From Patescibacteria group bacterium (GTDB lineage Bacteria; Patescibacteriota; Minisyncoccia; Portnoybacterales; GWB1-42-6): a DNA stretch of 64,000 bases. The DNA lies in assembly GCA_022709865.1 (NCBI GenBank), contig JAKLIA010000002.1:210183-274182 (forward strand), in the 5' to 3' direction. The notes below the pieces were generated by a model. The model had not been told where the DNA came from and ran no database searches. It was given only the letters and a program-made list of their open reading frames with translations. Position numbers and translations under genes: made by a program. Positions within the stretch are counted from its first letter, which is position 1, and each line of letters starts with the position of its first letter. Shown here piece after piece: positions 40,605 through 49,865 of this stretch.

Positions 40605-41581
40605 GCCTGCTTCTCTTTAACTGGCTTCAGCTCCTCCAGCCCAAAAGCTTCCGCATAGCTCCGCCAGACACCATAACAAACTTTATCGTATTTGCATTTT
40701 CGGCAAACCGGCGACTTAATTTTTTTCCCTTTTCTAGATTCATCCAGCGATGTTTCAAACTCCGGCCCCACCAAAACAGTATCCAGCTGCCCCAAGTCAT
40801 TAATATATCTTTCCTGCCCGGGCACCAAGCAAGAAACCATATTATAAACAAAACAACCAACTTTTCCCTGGCTCATTTCATTGCTAATATCAATTGCCCG
40901 GCAGATATGCGGCGCCACTTCGCTCATCTTAGCCATAATATCCGTATTATTGGCCACATTTCCTTCGATCATGGTCATCGTAAAACGAAACTCTTCAACG
41001 TCAAAATTATTTAAAAAGAATTTGACCGTCTCTTCCAGGTGCCCATAATTTAATTTCATTAAGACGATGTTGATCTTAACTTTTTGCCCAAGCTCATTCA
41101 GGTTTTTTATCCCCTGGAAAGCTTGCTTATAGGTCCCGGGCACGCCCATTATCTTATCCGCCACATCTTCAAGATAAGAATGGAAAGATACCACAAAATT
41201 ATTTACACCGCTATCGATCAATTTTTTACAATAATCTTTGTAGGCATATATCCGGCCATTAGACTGAACTTCAATATGCTCGAGGCCCATCTTTTTAGCG
41301 TAAGCCACTAATTCCGGCAAGTCGCGGCGTAAATTAGGCTCGCCGCCAGAAAAAGCAAAGCCCCGGGCATTCATCTTTTTAGCCTTTTCTATATCTTTAA
41401 TGATTTCTTCGTGGGGCCTGACCGCGTGATAATCAGTGCTGCCCATGCTCCGCTGGATCTGCAAACCAACTGAACACATGATGCACTTGCAGTTGCATTT
41501 AAAAATAACTAGGCTTTCTATTTTGCCTGTCTGTTTTTGGCTTGATTTATCTTCTTGGTTTTTTTTCTTTAGCGCTACCAT
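40601..41581 (-). CDS. Radical SAM protein, small paralog family (member 5)
   Basis: CNCKCIMC, SGGEPNLRRDL, SNGR, GTYKQAFQGIKNLNE, and C-terminal CRKCKYDKVCYG. Confidence 0.75.
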   Translation of the reverse strand: MVALKKKNQEDKSSQKQTGKIESLVIFKCNCKCIMCSVGLQIQRSMGSTDYHAVRPHEEIIKDIEKAKKMNARGFAFSGGEPNLRRDLPELVAYAKKMGLEHIEVQSNGRIYAYKDYCKKLIDSGVNNFVVSFHSYLEDVADKIMGVPGTYKQAFQGIKNLNELGQKVKINIVLMKLNYGHLEETVKFFLNNFDVEEFRFTMTMIEGNVANNTDIMAKMSEVAPHICRAIDISNEMSQGKVGCFVYNMVSCLVPGQERYINDLGQLDTVLVGPEFETSLDESRKGKKIKSPVCRKCKYDKVCYGVWRSYAEAFGLEELKPVKEKQA

Positions 41582-41587
41582 AATATC

Positions 41588-42601
41588 TTATTTTTGTTTT
41601 TCCAAACACTTGTGTTTTTTAGCTAAAACCTTGATTTCCGCCGGGCCAAACTTATCTAAATATTCTTTCCAAGTTCCGCCGCATTCCTTATAATACCGGC
41701 ACTGTGCGCAAATAGCAACTTCTGTTCGATAGGCATCAACGTAAACGCCTTTATCGCTTTTAGCAATTCTTTTTGGGTTATAGCCTACCTGCTGGCTGGT
41801 TTCAGAACGCATCTTGGCATTGACCAGGCAAACATTTTTTAGCCCTGTTAGTTCAGGACTAAAAAGGCATAGTGGAAAATCAAAAAAGCCAAACTCTTTA
41901 AACCCTTTAGCAATAGACAACAGCGAGTTTAGTTCTATCTCCAGCTCAGGCAAACGCACCACCAAACTGCCATAAAACTGTTTAGCGTTGCTGTCGGGAA
42001 TCAGGTCCAAGAGGTACCAATTTAAAACTCCAAGCGATTGCACGAATTGGCCGAATTTTTTCAGATTTTTATAATTAAAACGGCAAATCACCGAACTGAT
42101 ATTAATATGGACGCCGGGAAACTGCTTGGCGTTCTTGATCCCCGCCACGATATTATTGAAAGAGCCGCTCGTCCGAGTCATAGCATCGTGCGTTTTGGCA
42201 TCCGGCCCTAGCAGAGAAAAAGTCACTTTATTCAATCCAGCCGCAAAAATATCTTGGCAAAACTTTGAATAGCTAAAAAGCCGGCCATTAGTGCTGAAAG
42301 CGATATTGCGATAGCCGATTTTTTTGGCTGCAGCAACCAAACTCACGATATCTTTGCGAATTGTCGGCTCCCCGCCCGTAAACTCCACATCATTAAAACC
42401 TTCTTTTTTCTTCTGTTCGAGCTCCGCAACGATATCCGAGAATGAACGGTCCGGATAAAATTGTTCCCGCGATTTAACCGAACAGACCACGCAATTATTA
42501 TTGCAGGAAAAACCGACCAACAATAAAAGGTTTTTATTATGGCCGACAGATTCTTTTTTGATTTTTTTTACCCGGCTGGCCATAAATGAATCACTTAGCA
42601 A
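41588..42601 (-). CDS. Radical SAM protein, small paralog family (member 6)
   Basis: CNNNCVVC, TGGEPTIRKD, TNGR, HDAMTRTSGSFNNIVAGIKNAK, and C-terminal CAQCRYYKECGG. Confidence 0.75.
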   Translation of the reverse strand: MLSDSFMASRVKKIKKESVGHNKNLLLLVGFSCNNNCVVCSVKSREQFYPDRSFSDIVAELEQKKKEGFNDVEFTGGEPTIRKDIVSLVAAAKKIGYRNIAFSTNGRLFSYSKFCQDIFAAGLNKVTFSLLGPDAKTHDAMTRTSGSFNNIVAGIKNAKQFPGVHINISSVICRFNYKNLKKFGQFVQSLGVLNWYLLDLIPDSNAKQFYGSLVVRLPELEIELNSLLSIAKGFKEFGFFDFPLCLFSPELTGLKNVCLVNAKMRSETSQQVGYNPKRIAKSDKGVYVDAYRTEVAICAQCRYYKECGGTWKEYLDKFGPAEIKVLAKKHKCLEKQK

Positions 42602-44387
42602 TTCCCTCTTTTAATTCCATCCGGTAAGCCTTAAGGCCTCCCGGACTTTCATAAATAACCTCTTTTTTGGCCAAAATATCATTTATAAAACCGCACCCCT
42701 GGCCATTGCCCGCCTCTTCCGGCCGGCAACGATAATCGGCGATATAAGCAATACAAGAACTATTTTTAAACTCCTCCAAAAACAATCCTTTTGTTTCGTC
42801 ATTTATCAAGTCAACCGCTAATGTCCGCCGCTGGTTATCTTTAAAATAGTCATTGATCACCGTCATATAAAAACCGCCTATTACCAAGCATCCGTTTGGA
42901 ATATTATCAATAACTTTCCAATAAGACTGGAAAGGCGGAATCAAAGAAAAATCACCCGACTGTTTGGTGGCTCGAGCATCTTTAAAGAGGCTGCCAGGAA
43001 AATAGATTTTAGAAATCTCTCGCCAAGAAACTAGCCGGCCAGGAAAATCAGCAAAAATCGACTTCTGATTAGAAAAATTAAAAGTAAATATTACGTTTAA
43101 AAATATGGATAATAAAAATATTACCAAAAGATTTAAAGCAAGGAACCGGCGATGTTTTAAAGGATTTAATAAATAAAACCCGTAGCCAGCTATAATGGCA
43201 ATCGGCAAATGGAACATCAAGGTCCGCCGAACATAGTCAGTTGTCAGCGTTGCATTCCCATAAATATTTCCATCGAACATCAAGCTGTAAACCAGAAAGT
43301 AGGCCCCAAAAAATCCCCAAGGCAACCAATATTCTTTCTTTCTTTTCCAAAATAGGATTGCCAAGCCCGTTAGCCAAAAAACAGCGGAAGTCAAAAGATT
43401 GTAATGCCAAATATTATTGATGGCCGGAGAAATATTTAAGAACTGCAGTAAAAGCGCCTGGCCAGCAATAAGCATCGTTTTATAGGTTAAAGCAAAAAAT
43501 CCTATCTCTCCCCCCTGATAAGAGCTATAGGGATTATCGAATAAAAGCCACTGTAAAACCGGCAACTGCATGATCACAAACAGCCAAACAATGAACAATC
43601 CCCAAAAAATCGTTTTGAAATCTATCTGTTTGTTTTTTATTCCCTGCCACCAATTTTTAATTTCCGGCCATTTTAAAACAATAAAAAATAAAGCAAAAAA
43701 CGGCGCCAAGATATAACTTTCCTGCCGGACATAAATAGCATAGGAAAGGCTGGCGACACAGGCTAGCCAAGAAACCACTTTATTATTTTTAAGCGCCAGA
43801 ACAAAGAACAAAAAAGCCAGCCCGGCAAAAAAAAGTCCGGTTGGCCGCGATTCTCCGGTCTGGGAATTAATAATATTCAACGGAACCAGTGAAAAAGCCA
43901 GGGCTGCATATAAAGAAGCCTCTTCTTTTTTGAAAATTAAGTAAGTCAACAGAAAAGCTAAAAGTATGGTTAAGCTACTCAAAAGCGCCGAAATAACCGA
44001 GGCATTCAAGCTATGAATGCCAAAAATTATATTGGCCAAAGCAATAATAAAAGGAGAGCCGGGCGGCGCCAACACTTGTTCAAAAAGCTGGCAATCCGCA
44101 TGGTTCCCTAAAGCACAAGATTTAACGAACTCACCGTGCAAAACCCAAAGATGGGCCGCCTCCTGCGCTACATAAGCATCAGTGTGGGTCCCGAGCCAAT
44201 ATTCCGCGTTGCGCACAAAAAATCCATATAAAAAAACTATCAGCAGCAAAAACCATATTTTTTTATCAATTTTCTTTATCTCTTCCCAAATGTTCTTTAA
44301 ATTAAAAAAACTCAAAAAAACCACTAAGGCAAAGTGCCCTAGCATAAAATAAAAAAGCCAACTAGAAAATATTTTATAAGACAACAT
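42591..44387 (-). CDS. Large polytopic membrane protein, GT-C fold glycosyltransferase-like (ArnT/PMT family-like)
   Basis: 598 aa with ~12 TM helices in the N-terminal 420 aa and a soluble C-terminal domain, an architecture typical of GT39/GT83 enzymes; no unambiguous motif. Confidence 0.35.
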   Translation of the reverse strand: MLSYKIFSSWLFYFMLGHFALVVFLSFFNLKNIWEEIKKIDKKIWFLLLIVFLYGFFVRNAEYWLGTHTDAYVAQEAAHLWVLHGEFVKSCALGNHADCQLFEQVLAPPGSPFIIALANIIFGIHSLNASVISALLSSLTILLAFLLTYLIFKKEEASLYAALAFSLVPLNIINSQTGESRPTGLFFAGLAFLFFVLALKNNKVVSWLACVASLSYAIYVRQESYILAPFFALFFIVLKWPEIKNWWQGIKNKQIDFKTIFWGLFIVWLFVIMQLPVLQWLLFDNPYSSYQGGEIGFFALTYKTMLIAGQALLLQFLNISPAINNIWHYNLLTSAVFWLTGLAILFWKRKKEYWLPWGFFGAYFLVYSLMFDGNIYGNATLTTDYVRRTLMFHLPIAIIAGYGFYLLNPLKHRRFLALNLLVIFLLSIFLNVIFTFNFSNQKSIFADFPGRLVSWREISKIYFPGSLFKDARATKQSGDFSLIPPFQSYWKVIDNIPNGCLVIGGFYMTVINDYFKDNQRRTLAVDLINDETKGLFLEEFKNSSCIAYIADYRCRPEEAGNGQGCGFINDILAKKEVIYESPGGLKAYRMELKEGIAK

Positions 44388-44412
44388 CCTTTAGGTATTA
44401 GCGCTCCTCGCC

Positions 44413-45351
44413 TTAAATAAAGTTAAAGAGATAACTTTTTATATCTTCACTGTTCTCCCAGCTAAATAATTTCTTTTTATCCTTAAAAACGGTAAAGCCC
44501 TTGGCCGAAAAAACCAGCCTGTTCCCCTCTTTGATCTTTTCCTGGATAGACGCGACCTGGCTGCTATCTTTGGCCCCCTGAAACTCAGGATAATTCGTTT
44601 TAAAAAAGATAACCGCGGAATAACAGAGCTCCTGGCCAATTATTTTGCCATCAAAAATAAAGCCCTGCCTTTTATCCCAAGAAGCATAAAGGCCAGGCTG
44701 CGTCAGGTCGAAAAAGACCAAAAATGGATTTTTTAAGTGCTCGGTTAGCTTTAAGGAAAAATCTGGAGAGGCCTTTTTCACGGCCTTAAAGATCTTTTCT
44801 AAATAACTCTGGCTTTTTTTACAGCCAAAGGAACAAGGCATATGGAAGGACAAATAAAAATTAGACAGGCCATTCAGTTGATTATTAAATAAAAAACTTA
44901 TCTTAGACGGCAAGCTTTTAAAAACCTCTGCCTCTCCAAGCTTAATGTTATCCAAAGTATTCTGAATATATTTCTCCAGGCAACACTTAGGATAGCTTAA
45001 AAGATTGCCAAAATCGCGAACACTATCCACCACCTCGTTAAAAGATTTTTTCTGGTCAATGATCTTAAAGGATGGGTCGGCTAATTTAGCTTTTTGAGCC
45101 AGGGCTTTATCTTGAGAAATATAAAGGCTAAAAGTTTCGAACAATTTCTTGTTGCTGCTAATAAACTCCAATTTGTTCTCTTTTAGGATCTTTTTATATT
45201 TTTCTAGGTCCTCGTTATCGTGGTATTCCACGCGAGCCACCTTTTTTATCCCCTCCCGAACCGCTATTAAGTCGGCTGAAGCTGAAAGAAAATCACCGCC
45301 CCAAAAGTTTTCTATTTTTCCAACTTCAAATAATTTTTTATTTTCTGGCAT
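44413..45351 (-). CDS. Hypothetical protein (conserved Cys pairs CC...C..C)
   Basis: 312 aa; contains YPKCCLEKY and HMPCSFGC; no family recognised. Confidence 0.4.
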   Translation of the reverse strand: MPENKKLFEVGKIENFWGGDFLSASADLIAVREGIKKVARVEYHDNEDLEKYKKILKENKLEFISSNKKLFETFSLYISQDKALAQKAKLADPSFKIIDQKKSFNEVVDSVRDFGNLLSYPKCCLEKYIQNTLDNIKLGEAEVFKSLPSKISFLFNNQLNGLSNFYLSFHMPCSFGCKKSQSYLEKIFKAVKKASPDFSLKLTEHLKNPFLVFFDLTQPGLYASWDKRQGFIFDGKIIGQELCYSAVIFFKTNYPEFQGAKDSSQVASIQEKIKEGNRLVFSAKGFTVFKDKKKLFSWENSEDIKSYLFNFI

Positions 45352-46258
45352 ATTTTTTAGGGTTATTTTTTACCGGTTTAAACTCCGACCAGCCATAAAG
45401 CTCAACGTATTCTTTCCATGGCCCCTCGCATTCGTTGCCAAATTGGCATTGCTCGCATTCTTTTCTTCTTATTTTACCCTTGTTTAACCTGTATTGACCA
45501 TAGTCCTCCACCACAAACCCGGCATCATATATCCTGGTGGTAGGAATTATTTTTTCTGCAATATATTCTTCGTAGCCCCGCATCAAGCAATAAGGAATCG
45601 CTTCGGTCGTTACTTTTTTGCCGGCCTTAATGCCAACATCAAGACCCTTTTTAACATATGGCATAATTTTGCTGTTTCTTGGCACCAGCCAATCTTTATT
45701 TTTTTCCGCCGTGCCTAGAATATGGACAAAAGCAAATTGGAATTGATCAACACCCAAAGAGATTAAAAGCTTGGCTATCTCCGGCAAGAACTTGTAATTT
45801 TTCGAAGTTATCACCGTATTCGTTAAAACGTACTGATTTAACTTTTTCAAGTTCTTTATCCCGGCCACTGTTTGTTCAAAGCTCCCCGGCGCGTCGGTTA
45901 AAAGATCATGTATCTTGGCCTGATGGCCGTGCAGCGCCGGCGAGAACTGTGTGGCGCCAGCCTTAATAGTTTTGAGGCAAAAATCCAAATAAGCAAATCG
46001 CCGGCCATTGGATTGGATCTGTATTTGTTTAAAATCCAGGTCCTTGGCGATCTCCACTAAGCGCAAAAACTCTGGATGCAAAGTCGGTTCTCCGCCGGTA
46101 AAGACCACCTCTTCTTTGCCTTTATCTTTAGCTTCGATCAGGGCCGCCTTTATTTCCGCCACGCTTTTAGCCGGCAAAAAATCGCGCTTGCGACCCTGAA
46201 CGCAAAAAGCACACTGGTTATTGCAGTAAAATCCGACCTTGATATCTACCCGCTCCAT
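45338..46258 (-). CDS. Radical SAM protein, small paralog family (member 7)
   Basis: CNNQCAFC, TGGEPTLHPEF, SNGRR, HDLLTDAPGSFEQTVAGIKNLKK, and C-terminal CEQCQFGNECEG. Confidence 0.75.
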   Translation of the reverse strand: MERVDIKVGFYCNNQCAFCVQGRKRDFLPAKSVAEIKAALIEAKDKGKEEVVFTGGEPTLHPEFLRLVEIAKDLDFKQIQIQSNGRRFAYLDFCLKTIKAGATQFSPALHGHQAKIHDLLTDAPGSFEQTVAGIKNLKKLNQYVLTNTVITSKNYKFLPEIAKLLISLGVDQFQFAFVHILGTAEKNKDWLVPRNSKIMPYVKKGLDVGIKAGKKVTTEAIPYCLMRGYEEYIAEKIIPTTRIYDAGFVVEDYGQYRLNKGKIRRKECEQCQFGNECEGPWKEYVELYGWSEFKPVKNNPKKYARK

Positions 46259-46260
46259 AA

Positions 46261-46470
46261 TTATTTTATTTCATCGAACAAACGGTTTATTTCCTGCTTT
46301 ATGCCCGGTATTTCTTCGTAGGGCATACCGTTAACAAATAAAAAAGTTTCCAGCTCTTTGCCAGCAACTTTTTTCTCGTTAAAAAGAGTTATGGTGGCCA
46401 AAAATAACTCGTCCTTTTTTAGCTTTTTTATTTTTGACCAAAAATCTTCTTGTATATTTTTTTTCTTCAT
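46261..46470 (-). CDS. Small 69-aa protein inside the radical SAM array (candidate RRE/chaperone or substrate-related peptide)
   Basis: MKKKNIQEDFWSKIKKLKKDELFLATITLFNEKKVAGKELETFLFVNGMPYEEIPGIKQEINRLFDEIK; tightly packed between two radical SAM genes with 3-nt and 27-nt spacers. Confidence 0.35.
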   Translation of the reverse strand: MKKKNIQEDFWSKIKKLKKDELFLATITLFNEKKVAGKELETFLFVNGMPYEEIPGIKQEINRLFDEIK

Positions 46471-46496
46471 ATATTAAAATTATTTATTTAGTCCAA

Positions 46497-47834
46497 TTAT
46501 TTTTTCATCAAAGGGTCTCTCGCCCACCAATTACCATAGGTTATCTTAGCCCAATAGCGGCTACCACCGCAACACTTATTAACAAATCGGCATTGCTGGC
46601 ATTGCGCCGGCAAGGCCTTATTCAGCCTTATTTTCTTCATAAAAGAGCTCTGCCAAGCTTTTTTAATATTTAATGGATCGCCAATATTTTTATCAATAAA
46701 ATAATGAGGCTTTAAAAACCCCCGCGGGTCAACTACTAGCCGCCTGTGCCCCTCATCAAATAAAGCGCCGGCGCCAATCGCGTTAATTATGCTGCCTTCG
46801 CCCAAAACACAAAAAGGAATTGCGTTTGCCAAAGAAACCCAAACCCGGCTTTTTTTTCTAACAGCAACTATTTTCTTGGTCAAATATGCAATATTAGCTG
46901 GGCTTAGATCTTCCTTCCTTCCAGGTGAAGGAACCGGCCGATAAAACTCCCATTCTTTAATCGGCAATTTAGAGATTAGTTTTTCCAGCTTATTGAAGTT
47001 CAAAATATTGTCTTTAGTAGCCACCGTGCCGACCCGTAAAACCGGGATGCCTGCCTTAGCCAATAATTTTAAAGCAGTTTTTTTTCTGGCCAAACTTCCG
47101 CTGGCTCCAGTTATTTTATCCTCCCTCCAGTTTTCCCAGCTTTCGATTGGAATTAAAATATTGTCTACTATTCCCGCCATCTTGCTTGCTGCTATCTGGT
47201 TAACCATCTGGCCATTTGTGTTCAACCTGACTTCCATTTTCTTACTTTTAGCAAAGGTCATCAATTCAAAAATATCGCTTCTTAATAAAGGCTCCCCGCC
47301 TGTAAACCGCACTATTTTAATTCCCAGCCGAGAAATATGCCTTATAATATTTTTCACATACTCAGTTGTTAATCTGTTTTTAATTTGTCGGCCATGGCTG
47401 GCAAAAGAAACTTTATTAAAACAAAAACGACAGTTTAAGTTGCACCTCGACTCAATCTCTATCATTATTTCATCAGGCAAATCTGAAACCGGCTGCGCGT
47501 CAGCCGCGCCAAAAGACCTAAAATATCCGGCCGGAAAACCGCCGCAAACCAAAAAATACCGACAATTCTTGCATCTAGCAGCTTTTTCGCCTGAATATTT
47601 TTCATTAAACAAAATATGGTCCCGAGAATTACTATTAACAGCGCAATAAGGAAAGTTTTTTAGCCAAATCTCGCGCTGACTATTCTCCAAATCCAACATT
47701 TTATAAGTTTCCGGCTCTATTTCAGAAAACCGGAATAATCCGACGGGCACTATATATGCCCGGCCTTCTTTTAAGCGTTTAAGCGCCTCAAAAGATTTTT
47801 TATAAGTTTTTTTTGAAAGGCCTAATTCCATCAC
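46497..47834 (-). CDS. Radical SAM protein with Cys-rich motifs on both sides of the core (445 aa)
   Basis: N-terminal CKNCRYFLVCGG, core CNLNCRFC with TGGEPLLRSD, and C-terminal SPASM-like CQQCRFVNKCCGG. Confidence 0.7.
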   Translation of the reverse strand: MMELGLSKKTYKKSFEALKRLKEGRAYIVPVGLFRFSEIEPETYKMLDLENSQREIWLKNFPYCAVNSNSRDHILFNEKYSGEKAARCKNCRYFLVCGGFPAGYFRSFGAADAQPVSDLPDEIMIEIESRCNLNCRFCFNKVSFASHGRQIKNRLTTEYVKNIIRHISRLGIKIVRFTGGEPLLRSDIFELMTFAKSKKMEVRLNTNGQMVNQIAASKMAGIVDNILIPIESWENWREDKITGASGSLARKKTALKLLAKAGIPVLRVGTVATKDNILNFNKLEKLISKLPIKEWEFYRPVPSPGRKEDLSPANIAYLTKKIVAVRKKSRVWVSLANAIPFCVLGEGSIINAIGAGALFDEGHRRLVVDPRGFLKPHYFIDKNIGDPLNIKKAWQSSFMKKIRLNKALPAQCQQCRFVNKCCGGSRYWAKITYGNWWARDPLMKK

Positions 47835-47875
47835 TCTTAATTTTTATAAAAATAAATTATCTAAAATAATGTTTT

Positions 47876-48958
47876 TCATTTATCTGATTTGTGTTTATTA
47901 ATTAGCTCAAAACAAATTTTTTCATATTTATCTGTTTCTTTTTCTATTGAAAAATTGTTTTTGGCAAATTCCCTAATCTTTTTTCTGTCTAATCTTTCAG
48001 CCTGATTAACTGCTTTAGCCATAGCGGTCGTATCCCCGTCTCTGACAATATAGCCGCTTACCTTGTCTTTTATCACCTCCCTAACTGCTGCCCGATCAAA
48101 AGCGATAACCGGGGTGCCGCACATCATTGATTCTATCATTACATTTCCGCATGGCTCGTTCCATTGGATTGGAAAGAGTAAGGCCATAGCCCCCCTGTAT
48201 AATTCAACTCGAGTTTTAAAACCAGCCTCACCAACATATACTATTTTTTTATTATCTATATACGGCTTGACGAGCTCCGCAAAATAGAGCTGATTTGATT
48301 CGCTTACCCCGCCAGCAATAATGAGTTTTTTTTCTGTTTTAAGCGCGACTTTAATTGCTAAGTGTGTTCCCTTCTCCGGACAAATCCTACCGATAAAAAA
48401 TAAATAATCTTTTGCTTTGGCAGAAAAAGGGAAATCTTTTTCGTCTACGGCCGGATAAAGAGGCTCTAGGTACGGCAACCCCGGCATAGAGTTTTTTATA
48501 AATCTTGAACCCGGCAAAAAATAAACATTATTAAGCTTTTGCAGCCCGCTTTTAATATACGGGTATATGGCATCATGGGGATAACAAATTTGAGAAATTA
48601 TAGGGATATTTGATTGTTTAGAAAAAGGCAAAATCTCATAAAAAATATAATTAGTGCAATGGATCAAATCAAATTTTTTATCTTCCCCAGACGAAAAAAA
48701 ATCAGCATAAGAAAATAGGTCATAAAAACTAGTAATGCGCTCCTGCAGATTAGCGTATTTCTGCTTAGTAAAAGTCGGAAAAGGCGAAATCTCCCTAACT
48801 TTTACTCCCTTGATTTTTGATCCGGGCGCAGCATAAAGGGTTATATCGTGGCCCCTCTTAATTAGCTCCTGAATTAAATAATTGGTGGCCCACTCTATCC
48901 CGCCAGTTCTTGGCGGCGGGACAACGCTTCTTGACGAACAAAAAAAAGCTATTTTCAT
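47876..48958 (-). CDS. Glycosyltransferase family 4 (GT-B, retaining)
   Basis: EPCGNVMIESMMCGTPVIAFDRAAVREVI (EX7E motif), N-terminal GGIEWATNYL. Confidence 0.8.
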   Translation of the reverse strand: MKIAFFCSSRSVVPPPRTGGIEWATNYLIQELIKRGHDITLYAAPGSKIKGVKVREISPFPTFTKQKYANLQERITSFYDLFSYADFFSSGEDKKFDLIHCTNYIFYEILPFSKQSNIPIISQICYPHDAIYPYIKSGLQKLNNVYFLPGSRFIKNSMPGLPYLEPLYPAVDEKDFPFSAKAKDYLFFIGRICPEKGTHLAIKVALKTEKKLIIAGGVSESNQLYFAELVKPYIDNKKIVYVGEAGFKTRVELYRGAMALLFPIQWNEPCGNVMIESMMCGTPVIAFDRAAVREVIKDKVSGYIVRDGDTTAMAKAVNQAERLDRKKIREFAKNNFSIEKETDKYEKICFELINKHKSDK

Positions 48959-49824
48959 AATGTTTTTAGCATTGAATTATTATCATAAATCGTATATTTT
49001 TCAAGAATATAACATGATTTTTCTTTGCACACCTCCGGCTTGCTGTATAAAGAAAAGTTATTTTTTAAGATATTGCCCAAATAACCATTTTTGCTTCTAG
49101 ATCCCGGATTACAACGGTACGCCTCACCATAAGGCGATAAAAGAAAAAACTTATACCCGCAATCGCACATTTTCCCCTCAGTATTAAGCAGTTTTTTAAA
49201 GTTTATTGTTTTTTTAATCCCTCTATTCACCCGCCTTATTGCTTCCTGCTGGCTTTTTGAGTAATTATAATACTGATCATCCTTTGTCCTTAATGGCGCC
49301 ATTTTAAATAGAATATTAGCCTCCCTGAACATCCGGTAGACTTCTTCCAGATAATTTATTTTCTCAGGCAAAGCAACCGCACTAACAAAAAAATTGTTGA
49401 AGTTTGGATATATTTTTTTAAGACTTAATATTTTCTTAAGAAAAATTTCCGGATAGTCATATTCTAAATGCAAGGAAGCATGAAATAACACTAATTTCCC
49501 TTCGGTAATTTTAAAAAATTTTTCTATTTCTCTTGCTGGCGCCGAAAAATTAGTAACAACAGAGATTGTATATCCTGATTTAATTAGGCTTTTCACTATA
49601 TCAAAAAAATCCGGATGCAAAAAGGGCTCACCCCCGACAAGGTTAAAGTTCCATCCCCGAGGAATATGCCTTTGGAAGCCTTTTATAAAAAATTTATATT
49701 TTTCTACTTTATGGCCAGCATTCTTACTTTCATTGCTAACATAACAATAACCGCATCTATAATTACAGCTATCATTAATAACCCAATCTACCTTTCCTGG
49801 GATATTTTTTTTATTTACACCCAT
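48955..49824 (-). CDS. Radical SAM protein (second subfamily, tandem duplicate A)
   Basis: CNYRCGYC, VGGEPFLHPDF, and C-terminal CDCGYKF...C...C.C; the 3' ~110 nt are near-identical to the next gene. Confidence 0.7.
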   Translation of the reverse strand: MGVNKKNIPGKVDWVINDSCNYRCGYCYVSNESKNAGHKVEKYKFFIKGFQRHIPRGWNFNLVGGEPFLHPDFFDIVKSLIKSGYTISVVTNFSAPAREIEKFFKITEGKLVLFHASLHLEYDYPEIFLKKILSLKKIYPNFNNFFVSAVALPEKINYLEEVYRMFREANILFKMAPLRTKDDQYYNYSKSQQEAIRRVNRGIKKTINFKKLLNTEGKMCDCGYKFFLLSPYGEAYRCNPGSRSKNGYLGNILKNNFSLYSKPEVCKEKSCYILEKYTIYDNNSMLKTL

Positions 49825-49865
49825 ATATTTTTATAATCGCGGCAAAAAATAATAAAAAATTATTG

